Shown: positions 18,351 to 26,955 of the stretch, one piece after another
Numbering within the stretch: position 1 is the first letter of the stretch
Layout: each line of letters starts with the position of its first letter
From: a virus
Lineage: Duplodnaviria > Caudoviricetes
Virus record (IMG/VR): IMGVR_UViG_3300043410_000871
Location: 1 to 58,530 of that record
Length of the DNA: 58,530 nt
Strand: one strand, 5' to 3'
Notes under the pieces: model-generated
What the model was told of the DNA's origin: nothing
Seen by the model: only the letters and a program-made list of their open reading frames with translations
The model's database searches: none
Translations under genes and position numbers: made by a program

Positions 18351-18955
18351 TTAAAGTGTATGATGATTTATTACCCCCAGCTTTGGTTGATAGAATTGAA
18401 GCAACTCTTCTTAATGACCAATTTTATTGGTTTGCCCTGGATAACTTATCACTAGGTGGCCAGAAAGTAAAACGCGAATTTATTATGCCAGAGGGATACA
18501 AATATGTTGAGTCGCCTGGCATGACAAAGCCGTTCTGGCGTGATGGACTTTGGTACGACCCATATGACATGTTCATGATGAGTAATATGATTATTGATTA
18601 TTTTTCTGAAGCTAGTGGTATCCCAGCAAATCGTCTAGTTCGCATTAAGGGAAATATGCTAACTCCCAACCCGAATCCAGAATATGATGAAACAGCAATG
18701 CATTACCCACACATTGACTTCTATAATAATCATCATGTCTTGGTATACTATGTAAATGACAGTGATGGAGATACCGTCATCTTTAATGAAAAGTGGAGTC
18801 CTGAACATGATGGTAGTCTTATACCATTAACTATTAAAGAGCGTATTGCGCCTAAGCGTGGGAGAATTGCATACTTTGATGGACTGCATTACCATACTAG
18901 CACGAATCCAATGCATCACGGTGAGCGTGTAATTTTAAATATTAATTTCGCATGA
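18347..18955 (+). CDS. 2OG-Fe(II) oxygenase 4 (DSDGDT subfamily)
   Basis: HID...YYVNDSDGDT...PKRGRIAYFDGLHYH...R. Start placed at ATG 18347 (ATGA overlap). Confidence 0.85.
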   Translation: MIKVYDDLLPPALVDRIEATLLNDQFYWFALDNLSLGGQKVKREFIMPEGYKYVESPGMTKPFWRDGLWYDPYDMFMMSNMIIDYFSEASGIPANRLVRIKGNMLTPNPNPEYDETAMHYPHIDFYNNHHVLVYYVNDSDGDTVIFNEKWSPEHDGSLIPLTIKERIAPKRGRIAYFDGLHYHTSTNPMHHGERVILNINFA

Positions 18956-19530
18956 TACAAGTTTTTGATAACATTATCCCACTAACAGCACAACAGCGGC
19001 TTATTGATTTAGTGAATGAAAGACACTTTAGATGGTACTACAGAAAGTCTGTATCATATCAGTCCCCATCGAATGTGCCAGCGTTTTTTACAAACATGGA
19101 TACAAGTGGATATGCGTGTCCTGCATATATTAAAAATGCAATAGAAGTACAAGAGCTAATGCCATACGCACAGCAAATTTTTGATAATATGTACGACTTG
19201 ACTGGAATTAAAGTTAATGATTTAATTCGTGTTACATTCAACTTATTATATCAACACCCATCCAAGGAGTTTACTAAGGATACGTGGAACTCAGCCCACA
19301 CTGATCAACAACATGATCACAAGGTATTATTGTATTACGTGGACAACAGTGACGGTGACACATTTATTTTTAATGAAAGAGCTGGTGAGACTTTTGATAA
19401 ATTTACTGTTAATCAACGCATAACACCCAAACGTGGGTCAGCTGTGTTATTCGATGGGACACAATATCATGCCTCAAGTAACCCGCTTAATTCATTTAAA
19501 CGCTACACTATTAATTTTAACTTTGTATGA
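18952..19530 (+). CDS. 2OG-Fe(II) oxygenase 5 (DSDGDT subfamily)
   Basis: HTD...YYVDNSDGDT...PKRGSAVLFDGTQYH...R. Confidence 0.85.
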   Translation: MIQVFDNIIPLTAQQRLIDLVNERHFRWYYRKSVSYQSPSNVPAFFTNMDTSGYACPAYIKNAIEVQELMPYAQQIFDNMYDLTGIKVNDLIRVTFNLLYQHPSKEFTKDTWNSAHTDQQHDHKVLLYYVDNSDGDTFIFNERAGETFDKFTVNQRITPKRGSAVLFDGTQYHASSNPLNSFKRYTINFNFV

Positions 19531-20141
19531 ACGATATTATTGTACTAGATGATGTAATTCCTAAGCGTACACAGTATAGACTCGCTGACTATGTCTGTGA
19601 TTCAGAGTTTGCGTGGAATGATTACAACCACATTTTAACTGCTGGTATGTACTTTAAGGATGTTACAGTAACTTCAGACATGAACATGTGTCCTAGTGAT
19701 TCACTGATCAAGTTATGCTATTATAATGATTTTAGACGTAGTAAAATTTTTGATGAAACTATATATTGGTTAGGAATGGCTGTATTAGATGGATACTCGC
19801 AAAAAACTGGTGAAAAAGTCAACGGTGTTATGCGTATGAAAGTCAATAACCAAAGTGTATCCCCAATATATGGATATGATGGCAATTGCTGTAATGAGAT
19901 CCATGTAGATAATTTTGAAATGCACAAAACTTTAGTGTATTATATAAACGATAGTGATGGTGATACAATATTGTTTGATAAACTCTGGGAACCAGGTATA
20001 AAAGAATATGCTGTAAAAACTGCTGAACGAGTTACACCAAAGCAGGGTAGGATTGTGTGTTTTAATGGTTTGAGGTTCCATGCACCTAGTAATCCTATAC
20101 ATAACCGCAGACGTTATGTGTTAAATATTAACTTCTATTGA
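19527..20141 (+). CDS. 2OG-Fe(II) oxygenase 6 (DSDGDT subfamily)
   Basis: HVD...YYINDSDGDT...PKQGRIVCFNGLRFH...R. Confidence 0.85.
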   Translation: MNDIIVLDDVIPKRTQYRLADYVCDSEFAWNDYNHILTAGMYFKDVTVTSDMNMCPSDSLIKLCYYNDFRRSKIFDETIYWLGMAVLDGYSQKTGEKVNGVMRMKVNNQSVSPIYGYDGNCCNEIHVDNFEMHKTLVYYINDSDGDTILFDKLWEPGIKEYAVKTAERVTPKQGRIVCFNGLRFHAPSNPIHNRRRYVLNINFY

Positions 20142-20148
20142 GATAAAC

Positions 20149-20739
20149 ATGAAATCAGATATTAAAGACTTTATTGGTATTTTTGACGATGTTGTTAGCA
20201 AAGAGTTTTGCAACGATGTTATTGACTATTACAGATATGTACAGAATGCATCATTAACTTGCAGTAGGCAAGCAGCAGAGGGTGTTGAAAAGTTTAAAAA
20301 GCAGGATGACACTTACTTTTTCCAAGATGAAATGCAACAGGAATTCCAGTTGCATAATACAAATATTTTGCAAGAAGCAAATAGAGCATTTGCTGATTGT
20401 ATAAATGCATATTTTAATCACTATGACATTCTATACTCAACAAATTATGGAGTGTATTCATATAGGTTGCAAAAGACACCAATTAATGGAGGATACCATG
20501 TTTGGCACCATGAGCGTGGGGATTTAGAAAATCAGCATAGAATGCTGGCCATGATCCTATACCTTAATGATGTTGATGACGGTGGTGAGACTGAGTTCCA
20601 CTATTATCCACGTAGGGTGCAAGCAAAAGCCGGGCGAGTTCTAATATGCCCAGCTGATTTTACACATACACATCGTGGCAATCCGCCACTATCTAACGAA
20701 AAATATATTATTACAACTTGGGCATCTCACGTAAAATGA
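20149..20739 (+). CDS. 2OG-Fe(II) oxygenase 7 (prolyl-4-hydroxylase-like, HxE)
   Basis: GGYHVWHHE...ILYLNDVDDGGETEF...GRVLICPADFTHTHRGNPPLSNEKYIITTW. Confidence 0.88.
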   Translation: MKSDIKDFIGIFDDVVSKEFCNDVIDYYRYVQNASLTCSRQAAEGVEKFKKQDDTYFFQDEMQQEFQLHNTNILQEANRAFADCINAYFNHYDILYSTNYGVYSYRLQKTPINGGYHVWHHERGDLENQHRMLAMILYLNDVDDGGETEFHYYPRRVQAKAGRVLICPADFTHTHRGNPPLSNEKYIITTWASHVK

Positions 20740-21359
20740 TTAAAATTATTGACGATTTCTTACCAGAACCATTATTTGAAAGACTTTATCAGGATATAAC
20801 GTCCTTTGACTTTCCATGGTTTTATTTAAAAGATACTACCTATAAGAGCAAGTACAGTGATGACGAAGCTCTGTGGGATGACGGATTTTCATGCTTAATA
20901 TATTTGCAAAAAATTGATGAACAATTTGAGTTTAAAGCGCCTGCTTATGAAGCGTTTGTTCCACTAATGGCACATTGTGAGTTTGCTTTAGGATATAAAA
21001 TGTCATCATTAGCCAGGGTTAAAGCAAATCTAAGCACTACATCTATTACTAATGCTCCATTTGAACCACACGTTGATCAACCAGATGTTGCTATGAACAC
21101 TGCAATTTTGTATTTAAATGACTCCGATGGCCCAACATATATCTATGATAATAAATGCCCAGTTGGATCAACAACCAACCAGGCATTAGAGTATTATAGA
21201 AAGAATAAAGATGATTTTAAAGTACTCTGTGCGGTTCCGCCTAAACGCAATCGTATGGTATTATTTGATGGTGATTATTATCACTCTGGATCACGCCCAG
21301 TAACTAATAAAACCAGATTGAATATTAACTTCAACTGGTTTGCCAAAACTACTGAGTAA
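20736..21359 (+). CDS. 2OG-Fe(II) oxygenase 8 (DSDG subfamily)
   Basis: HVD...ILYLNDSDGPT...PKRNRMVLFDGDYYH...R. Start placed at ATG 20736 (ATGA overlap). Confidence 0.85.
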   Translation: MIKIIDDFLPEPLFERLYQDITSFDFPWFYLKDTTYKSKYSDDEALWDDGFSCLIYLQKIDEQFEFKAPAYEAFVPLMAHCEFALGYKMSSLARVKANLSTTSITNAPFEPHVDQPDVAMNTAILYLNDSDGPTYIYDNKCPVGSTTNQALEYYRKNKDDFKVLCAVPPKRNRMVLFDGDYYHSGSRPVTNKTRLNINFNWFAKTTE

Positions 21360-22632
21360 TTATTTTAATACCTTTAAAGTGATCCGCATGTCCACGTAGT
21401 GCTTGGGCATCGCGGTTTACTTCAATTAGACTGTCAAAGTCCGGTGCTCCAAAAGTTCTTTCACATGCGTGGCAATCCCAACACTCGTTCTTACAATTCT
21501 TTAGAACAGCATTGAGTGACTTTCCTTTACCAGTAGTCCATACAGTCTCACTATCAATTTGTGCGACATTTTCAAAAGTAGACTCATACTTGACATTACA
21601 ATAGCGCAACGGTTGGAAATTAGAAACAACTCCTGGATTATTTTCCATTATTTCTTCAAAATAATTTGCCATGCCATATTGAGCACCTGATTCAATGACA
21701 CCATTTAGGTTTGCATTGTCAGCAGCCCACTTTTGTCCTTTGACGTGTGCAATATTTGACCAGACAAATTTCTGATCATAGCTATTGTTTGGCATTGACA
21801 TCATGCGTCCAGAAAATTTAAAGTAGTCAACCTTATTTCTATATTCTTCAAACGTAGCTTTATTTGCCCAAACCATTTCGGTACCAATACGTGGGAGTTC
21901 GTTATACATCTGATGGCGCCAACGTTTACATGTCATGTTGCCATGATTTTCCCAGTAACTCCACCCAATTTCTTTATTCATCGTATCATGCTCAACTTTG
22001 AATGCACAGTTAGGCATACAGCCCTCTGTTACTAGCAATGATAGTTTTAAATTGGGAAACTTTTTACGAACTGGTTGCATTGCTTCAAGTGCATCCATAT
22101 TACGGTTTAAACTTCGATCCAAGTTAATAACGTCATATCCAAGAGCATGGTAATCAACTACTTGCTGTGGAGTGGTAATGATATGATTTACAGTATTCTT
22201 CCAGCGCATTTCTGGGAAATTACGTTGTAATATAGTAGTAGCCATCATATGTACATGTGAAATAGTACACGAACGTACACCCATTTCATAGTACTTACCA
22301 ATATGGTCTACAAAACCATTCATAATATCCATGTCTTCAACTAACTCCCTATTAGGATATGTTTCGTTAAAAGTTAATGATATTTCAATACCAAATTCTT
22401 TCTGGATCTTTAGTAGCGTTTGAATGTGTGCTTCATCCAGAGGCGCAGCCATCACATCACCGTAAATTCTTTCTACACCGTTGTATGTGTATCGATATGG
22501 GTCTGAGAAATAGATATCAAATATTTCTGCTCGGTATCTAGGATGTGAGTTTTTAATGCAGTGGTAGTAAAGCTCTGGGTCCTTAGTAAAACTAGGGTAA
22601 CCGAATGAAAATAGTTTATTGTAATTGCTCAT
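21349..22632 (-). CDS. U32 'peptidase'-family Fe-S protein (putative O2-independent hydroxylase)
   Basis: TIM-barrel pattern TVNHII..., INLDRSLNRN, LLVTEGCMPNC..H, VDYFKFSGR, plus a C-terminal CxxxCxxCxxC (CKNECWDCHAC). Confidence 0.65.
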   Translation of the reverse strand: MSNYNKLFSFGYPSFTKDPELYYHCIKNSHPRYRAEIFDIYFSDPYRYTYNGVERIYGDVMAAPLDEAHIQTLLKIQKEFGIEISLTFNETYPNRELVEDMDIMNGFVDHIGKYYEMGVRSCTISHVHMMATTILQRNFPEMRWKNTVNHIITTPQQVVDYHALGYDVINLDRSLNRNMDALEAMQPVRKKFPNLKLSLLVTEGCMPNCAFKVEHDTMNKEIGWSYWENHGNMTCKRWRHQMYNELPRIGTEMVWANKATFEEYRNKVDYFKFSGRMMSMPNNSYDQKFVWSNIAHVKGQKWAADNANLNGVIESGAQYGMANYFEEIMENNPGVVSNFQPLRYCNVKYESTFENVAQIDSETVWTTGKGKSLNAVLKNCKNECWDCHACERTFGAPDFDSLIEVNRDAQALRGHADHFKGIKIITQ

Positions 22633-22640
22633 AAAGATGA

Positions 22641-22670
22641 AAAAAGGTAAGTGTATTACTTACCCTTTTT
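22641..22670. terminator. Bidirectional terminator-like hairpin
   Basis: AAAAA-GGTAAGT-gtatt-ACTTACC-CTTTTT between the 22690 gene and the U32-family gene. Confidence 0.6.
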
Positions 22671-22689
22671 GTAAACTCACCAGTGGGGA

Positions 22690-23211
22690 TTATGGTTTAT
22701 ATGGACCAGAAACTGGGTTATCCCATTTTCCACTCATGTAATCTGCTGCCAACTCGTCAGCCATTTCCTGTGGTGTTTTGATTCTATATGCAGGATCGTC
22801 TGGGTGTTCATCATGTAAATTAATCATTACTTCCACTCTGCTAGATAACTCATCATTAGCTGCTAACATTGCTTCATGGTTGTCTTTAGGGAATAAAATC
22901 TTAATTTTTTCAATCCTTGCTGCCCATTCAGCCAACGGGTCCGTGTCACCATTTTGTACTGCTTTAAAAATAGTATCAAGCTGTGAACCAACGTCACCAT
23001 ATGCAACTCTACGAGCAACTTCGTAACGAGTTTCTGGTTTATATGGTGGACTAAATTCACCAGTTTCCCAGTTGTATTCCCACATGAATTGAACTTCTGG
23101 TCCGCATTCGTGCCAAACACTGTCAACGTGGACGTCAAAACGTTCTTGTTCATTTTCCGCGATACCTTGAACACGGGTTTCCTTAATATGCACTAGTGCG
23201 TATCTTGCCAT
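22690..23211 (-). CDS. Tail-fibre-associated / assembly chaperone-like protein
   Basis: YEVARRVAYGDVGSQLDTIFK...W...IEKIK..FPK motif, typical of small proteins encoded beside phage fibre genes. Confidence 0.55.
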   Translation of the reverse strand: MARYALVHIKETRVQGIAENEQERFDVHVDSVWHECGPEVQFMWEYNWETGEFSPPYKPETRYEVARRVAYGDVGSQLDTIFKAVQNGDTDPLAEWAARIEKIKILFPKDNHEAMLAANDELSSRVEVMINLHDEHPDDPAYRIKTPQEMADELAADYMSGKWDNPVSGPYKP

Positions 23212-23213
23212 TT

Positions 23214-24845
23214 TTATTGCTCCTCATTCTTAATATGAATATGTTTTTTTAGATACTCATAATGGGTAGGTAATTTCTCAATTGTTGGTAATAAAACGTT
23301 GTCTCTATATTCGACCCAATTCTTTGTGCTTTCTTCAGCACTCCATTGATTACGCATACCATACCTATCATTATCATCTTGTAAGTATCTCTTATTTACC
23401 GGATTATAGTTCTGTCCGGCAGCGATATACATAACTCCACCCATATTAAAGTCATATGCGTGATTAGTTAAAATTCTAGTTGAAAGATCCATATATGCAT
23501 TGCGTAAGCGTGGAACCCAATCATTCATTTCTGGTGAATAGCTTAGTTCCTGTGTTACATATTGCCAATATGGGGTGTCATGACGTTGTGACATTGTGTA
23601 GTGCAAAGAAATAAAGTCTTTAAAACCAACAATTTGGTCATGGAACGCAAAATTGTAAGTGTCAATGTCAAATTTAGTTACAAAGCCGTCGTGCTGTTGT
23701 AGTGTATCAATAATCTTCATGATACCCTCGTGTGTTAACATTAAACCAGTTGACTCTAGTGGCTCAATAAAGCCCATAGCCAATCCAATGCCTACAACAT
23801 TTTTAATCCAGCCCTGCTTGTGTGTACCGTGCTTAATCTTGATATGCTTTAATTCAGCTTGTTCTGCACGTTCTTGAGCACCTTCTCCATGGTAGTCCAT
23901 GCGGTTGCTTGCTAAGTACTTTCTAAATTGTGCTTCAGCTTCTTCCTCAGTTGCAAATTTGCTTGAGTAAACATACCCTGTACCAATACGATTAAACAAT
24001 GGAATGTTCCATGCCCATCCTGCTTCCAATGCAGTACAGTTTGTAGCAGAAGTCATTTCATTTTCAGTATCAATGTACGGAATAATTGTTGCAATGGCTC
24101 TGTCGTTCATCAATGTGTCGTGGAATGAAATAAATTCTGATCCCATTTGACCTTCCAACAACAGTGAACGGAAACCAGTACAGTCAATATACAAGTCAGC
24201 AGTTAATGTACCGCTGTTTTCAGTAATAATACCTGAGATTGAACCGTCATCGGCCTTTGTTGCGCCTGTCATTGTATCAAGAATGTGGTTAACACCTTCT
24301 GGAATACAAACATGATTCTTTAAGTATTGACCAAATAATGCAGCATCCATGTGGTATGCAGTATCGTATTTGAAATTAAAACCACGAATTTCAAAATTTT
24401 CATTATTTGTCATTTTGTTATGATCAGCCATAACAACGTGTGGGTGATAAAATTCAGCAAACGAGCGTGGTGGCCATGCATCTTTGTCGCCAGCATTTAA
24501 CAAGAACCATTCCATTGGACCATTTGGTTTATGTGTAATATCGCATATACCGAATGGATAATGGAATACATCTGGCTTTTCACCAGGTGCTTCTCTAAAA
24601 TCAGTAAACTTAATTGATGTTTTATATGTTGCGTTGCAGTGTGGCATCCACTCTTCGTCTTTAAGACCAACTGCGTTCATATAGCTGTTGATGTGACCAA
24701 TTGTACTTTCACCGACACCAATAGTTGGAATGCCCGGTGCTTCCATCAGTGTAATTTTAAGAGATGGTATTTGACGAACTAATGCGGCTGCTGTCATCCA
24801 ACCTGAACTCCCACCACCGACAATTAAAACACTTTTGATTTGCAT
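23214..24845 (-). CDS. Flavin-dependent halogenase (tryptophan halogenase / PrnA-like family)
   Basis: GGGSSG FAD motif, IGVGEST, catalytic Lys equivalent ATYK(75), DLYIDCTGF, WAWNIP (WxWxIP) and FIEPLESTG. Confidence 0.92.
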   Translation of the reverse strand: MQIKSVLIVGGGSSGWMTAAALVRQIPSLKITLMEAPGIPTIGVGESTIGHINSYMNAVGLKDEEWMPHCNATYKTSIKFTDFREAPGEKPDVFHYPFGICDITHKPNGPMEWFLLNAGDKDAWPPRSFAEFYHPHVVMADHNKMTNNENFEIRGFNFKYDTAYHMDAALFGQYLKNHVCIPEGVNHILDTMTGATKADDGSISGIITENSGTLTADLYIDCTGFRSLLLEGQMGSEFISFHDTLMNDRAIATIIPYIDTENEMTSATNCTALEAGWAWNIPLFNRIGTGYVYSSKFATEEEAEAQFRKYLASNRMDYHGEGAQERAEQAELKHIKIKHGTHKQGWIKNVVGIGLAMGFIEPLESTGLMLTHEGIMKIIDTLQQHDGFVTKFDIDTYNFAFHDQIVGFKDFISLHYTMSQRHDTPYWQYVTQELSYSPEMNDWVPRLRNAYMDLSTRILTNHAYDFNMGGVMYIAAGQNYNPVNKRYLQDDNDRYGMRNQWSAEESTKNWVEYRDNVLLPTIEKLPTHYEYLKKHIHIKNEEQ

Positions 24846-24876
24846 ATTGTTACCCTAATAAGTTATCGACTACTTA

Positions 24877-25566
24877 TTATCTGTAGGAATATACTACAAC
24901 AATTCCGGATGCGCCATAACCACCGCGAGAATGGTTTGAGTGGCAGCTCGAACCGCCTGCACCAGGTGCTTGGTAATGATCTTCACCAGTGTAACCGTAT
25001 GAATTATTACTCCATCCAGGGAACTTTGATCCACCGTAGAAACTCATACCACCTTTCCCGCCGCGGTTATCATGTCCTGAACCACCACCGCCAAATACGT
25101 TAATATCACCGCCGTGTCCTTGACCACCATGGCCGCCTGAGTGACCCCAGTTACGATTTGCGCCATAGCCACCACTTGCTGAAATCCATGGGCCAAATGA
25201 ACTTGTTCCACCGTCACCGCAATTTGAGTAATAACCACCGCCCCATCCGCGACCACCAACAGTAACTGACACTGTGCTATATCCACTTACGTCGATGTAT
25301 TTTTCAGCCATACCACCAGCTGCTCCAGATTCACCGTGGGCACATGAGCCGCCGCCACCACCGACTACAACTGCTCGCACATATCTACATCCACTTGGTT
25401 TTGTCCAAGTATAACCACCAGACACAGAAAGATTGTGACTATTACTCGGTGGAAATGTATCAATTTGAATTAATTCCCCCTGTGAGTCAGTGTCCTGCAT
25501 GAAACGGTTTGCTTGAACCGAACCATCAGGGAATGTAATTTGTGTATTTCCGATTTTTGTTGCCAT
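24877..25566 (-). CDS. Glycine-rich fibre/adhesin-like protein A
   Basis: ITFPDGSVQ N-terminus, TWTKPSG..VRAVVVGGGGG, repeated GGxGG motifs, C-terminal GASGIVVVY. Confidence 0.75.
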   Translation of the reverse strand: MATKIGNTQITFPDGSVQANRFMQDTDSQGELIQIDTFPPSNSHNLSVSGGYTWTKPSGCRYVRAVVVGGGGGSCAHGESGAAGGMAEKYIDVSGYSTVSVTVGGRGWGGGYYSNCGDGGTSSFGPWISASGGYGANRNWGHSGGHGGQGHGGDINVFGGGGSGHDNRGGKGGMSFYGGSKFPGWSNNSYGYTGEDHYQAPGAGGSSCHSNHSRGGYGASGIVVVYSYR

Positions 25567-25581
25567 TTTATACCTTAAATC

Positions 25582-26271
25582 TTATCTGTAAGAATATACA
25601 ACTACAATTCCAGAAGCACCGTATCCACCTCGAGAGTGGTTTGAGTGACAACTTGAACCACCTGCACCAGGTGCTTGGTAATGGTCTTCACCAGTGTAGC
25701 CATATGAGTTATTGTGCCATCCAGGGAATTTAGAGCCGCCATAGAAGCTCATACCGCCCTTACCACCGCGGTTGTCGTGTCCTGAACCACCACCACCGAA
25801 TACATTAATATCGCCACCATGGCCTTGGCCACCATGTCCGCCTGAATGCCCCCAGTTGCGATTTGCACCGTAACCACCACTTGCTGAAATCCATGGACCA
25901 AAGCTACTAGTACCACCATCGCCACAGTTAGAATAGTAACCGCCACCTGCACCACGTCCACCGACAGTAACTGACACTGTGCTATAACCGGATACATCTA
26001 TATATTTTTCAGCCATACCGCCAGCGGCACCGGATTCCCCGTGAGCGCAAGAACCACCACCACCACCGACTACAACTGCTCTCACGTATCGACAGCCAGA
26101 TGGTTTTGTCCAAGTATAGCCACCAGAAACTGACAAATTATGACTGTTACCAGGTGGGAATGTATCAATTTGAATCAATTCACCTTGTGAATCAGCATCC
26201 TGCATAAATCGGTTAGACTGAACTGATCCATCAGGGAATGTAATTTGTGTATTTCCGATTTTTGTTGCCAT
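25582..26271 (-). CDS. Glycine-rich fibre/adhesin-like protein B (224/229 aa identical to A)
   Basis: Same architecture as protein A with five substitutions. Confidence 0.75.
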   Translation of the reverse strand: MATKIGNTQITFPDGSVQSNRFMQDADSQGELIQIDTFPPGNSHNLSVSGGYTWTKPSGCRYVRAVVVGGGGGSCAHGESGAAGGMAEKYIDVSGYSTVSVTVGGRGAGGGYYSNCGDGGTSSFGPWISASGGYGANRNWGHSGGHGGQGHGGDINVFGGGGSGHDNRGGKGGMSFYGGSKFPGWHNNSYGYTGEDHYQAPGAGGSSCHSNHSRGGYGASGIVVVYSYR

Positions 26272-26280
26272 AATAATCTG

Positions 26281-26946
26281 TTATGAATAGTTATAAACAA
26301 TACAAATGCCACTTGTGCCATAACCACCACGGCTATGTTGTGACCACTCGCCATTACCACCAGTACCTGGAGGATTGTGGTTCAAACCTTCGTTCCAGTG
26401 TCTATAGTAGTAACCACCATGGTGTCCAGCAACTTGAGAGCCGCCAAAAAATGATTCACCACCACGGTCTTGGCCTTGGTCACCATGTGAACGGCCACCG
26501 CCACCCCACACGTTTACGTTACCGCCACCACCGTGGCCACCACGGCCACCAGTGTGGCCCCAGTCTGTATTTGCACCACGACCACCAGTTGCGTGATTAT
26601 ATGGACCAAACGCGGTTTGACCGCCATCACCACAACCTTGGTGATATGTTCTACCGTCACCACCGCCACCGATTGTCACACTTACTGTTGACAAGCCAGT
26701 AGCATCTAATAATAATTCTGAATAACCACCTGCACCGCCGGATTCATTGTGGCCGCAACCACCACCGCCACCACCAACACAAACAACTACAATCTTTCGG
26801 CAATCAGACGGCTTTGTCCAAGTACCACTGCTTGTGAATGTATCAACTCTGATTAATCTACCTTTGTCCAATGAATAGTTAAATGTGGTAGATTGTACTG
26901 TACCGTCATTATATTGAATACCAGATGATGTTAATTTAACTGTCAT
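26281..26946 (-). CDS. Glycine-rich fibre/adhesin-like protein C
   Basis: FTSSGTWTKP..CVGGGGGG, GANTDWGHTGG, GTSGICIVY. Confidence 0.75.
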   Translation of the reverse strand: MTVKLTSSGIQYNDGTVQSTTFNYSLDKGRLIRVDTFTSSGTWTKPSDCRKIVVVCVGGGGGGCGHNESGGAGGYSELLLDATGLSTVSVTIGGGGDGRTYHQGCGDGGQTAFGPYNHATGGRGANTDWGHTGGRGGHGGGGNVNVWGGGGRSHGDQGQDRGGESFFGGSQVAGHHGGYYYRHWNEGLNHNPPGTGGNGEWSQHSRGGYGTSGICIVYNYS

Positions 26947-26955
26947 ATTTCTCTC

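Noticed and set aside
16562-21359. Oxygenases as a TET/JBP-type DNA hypermodification cluster or as 2OG-dependent halogenases
   Set aside because: I see no TET/JBP-like features and no partner methylase or glycosyltransferase, and no HxG/HxA halogenase signature. A nucleotide substrate cannot be fully excluded given the adjacent NUDIX gene.
24877-26271. Near-duplicate genes as a diversity-generating retroelement template/variable repeat pair
   Set aside because: Differences fall at codon third positions, involve all four bases and are not adenine-specific. Both copies are full genes and no reverse transcriptase is present in the window.
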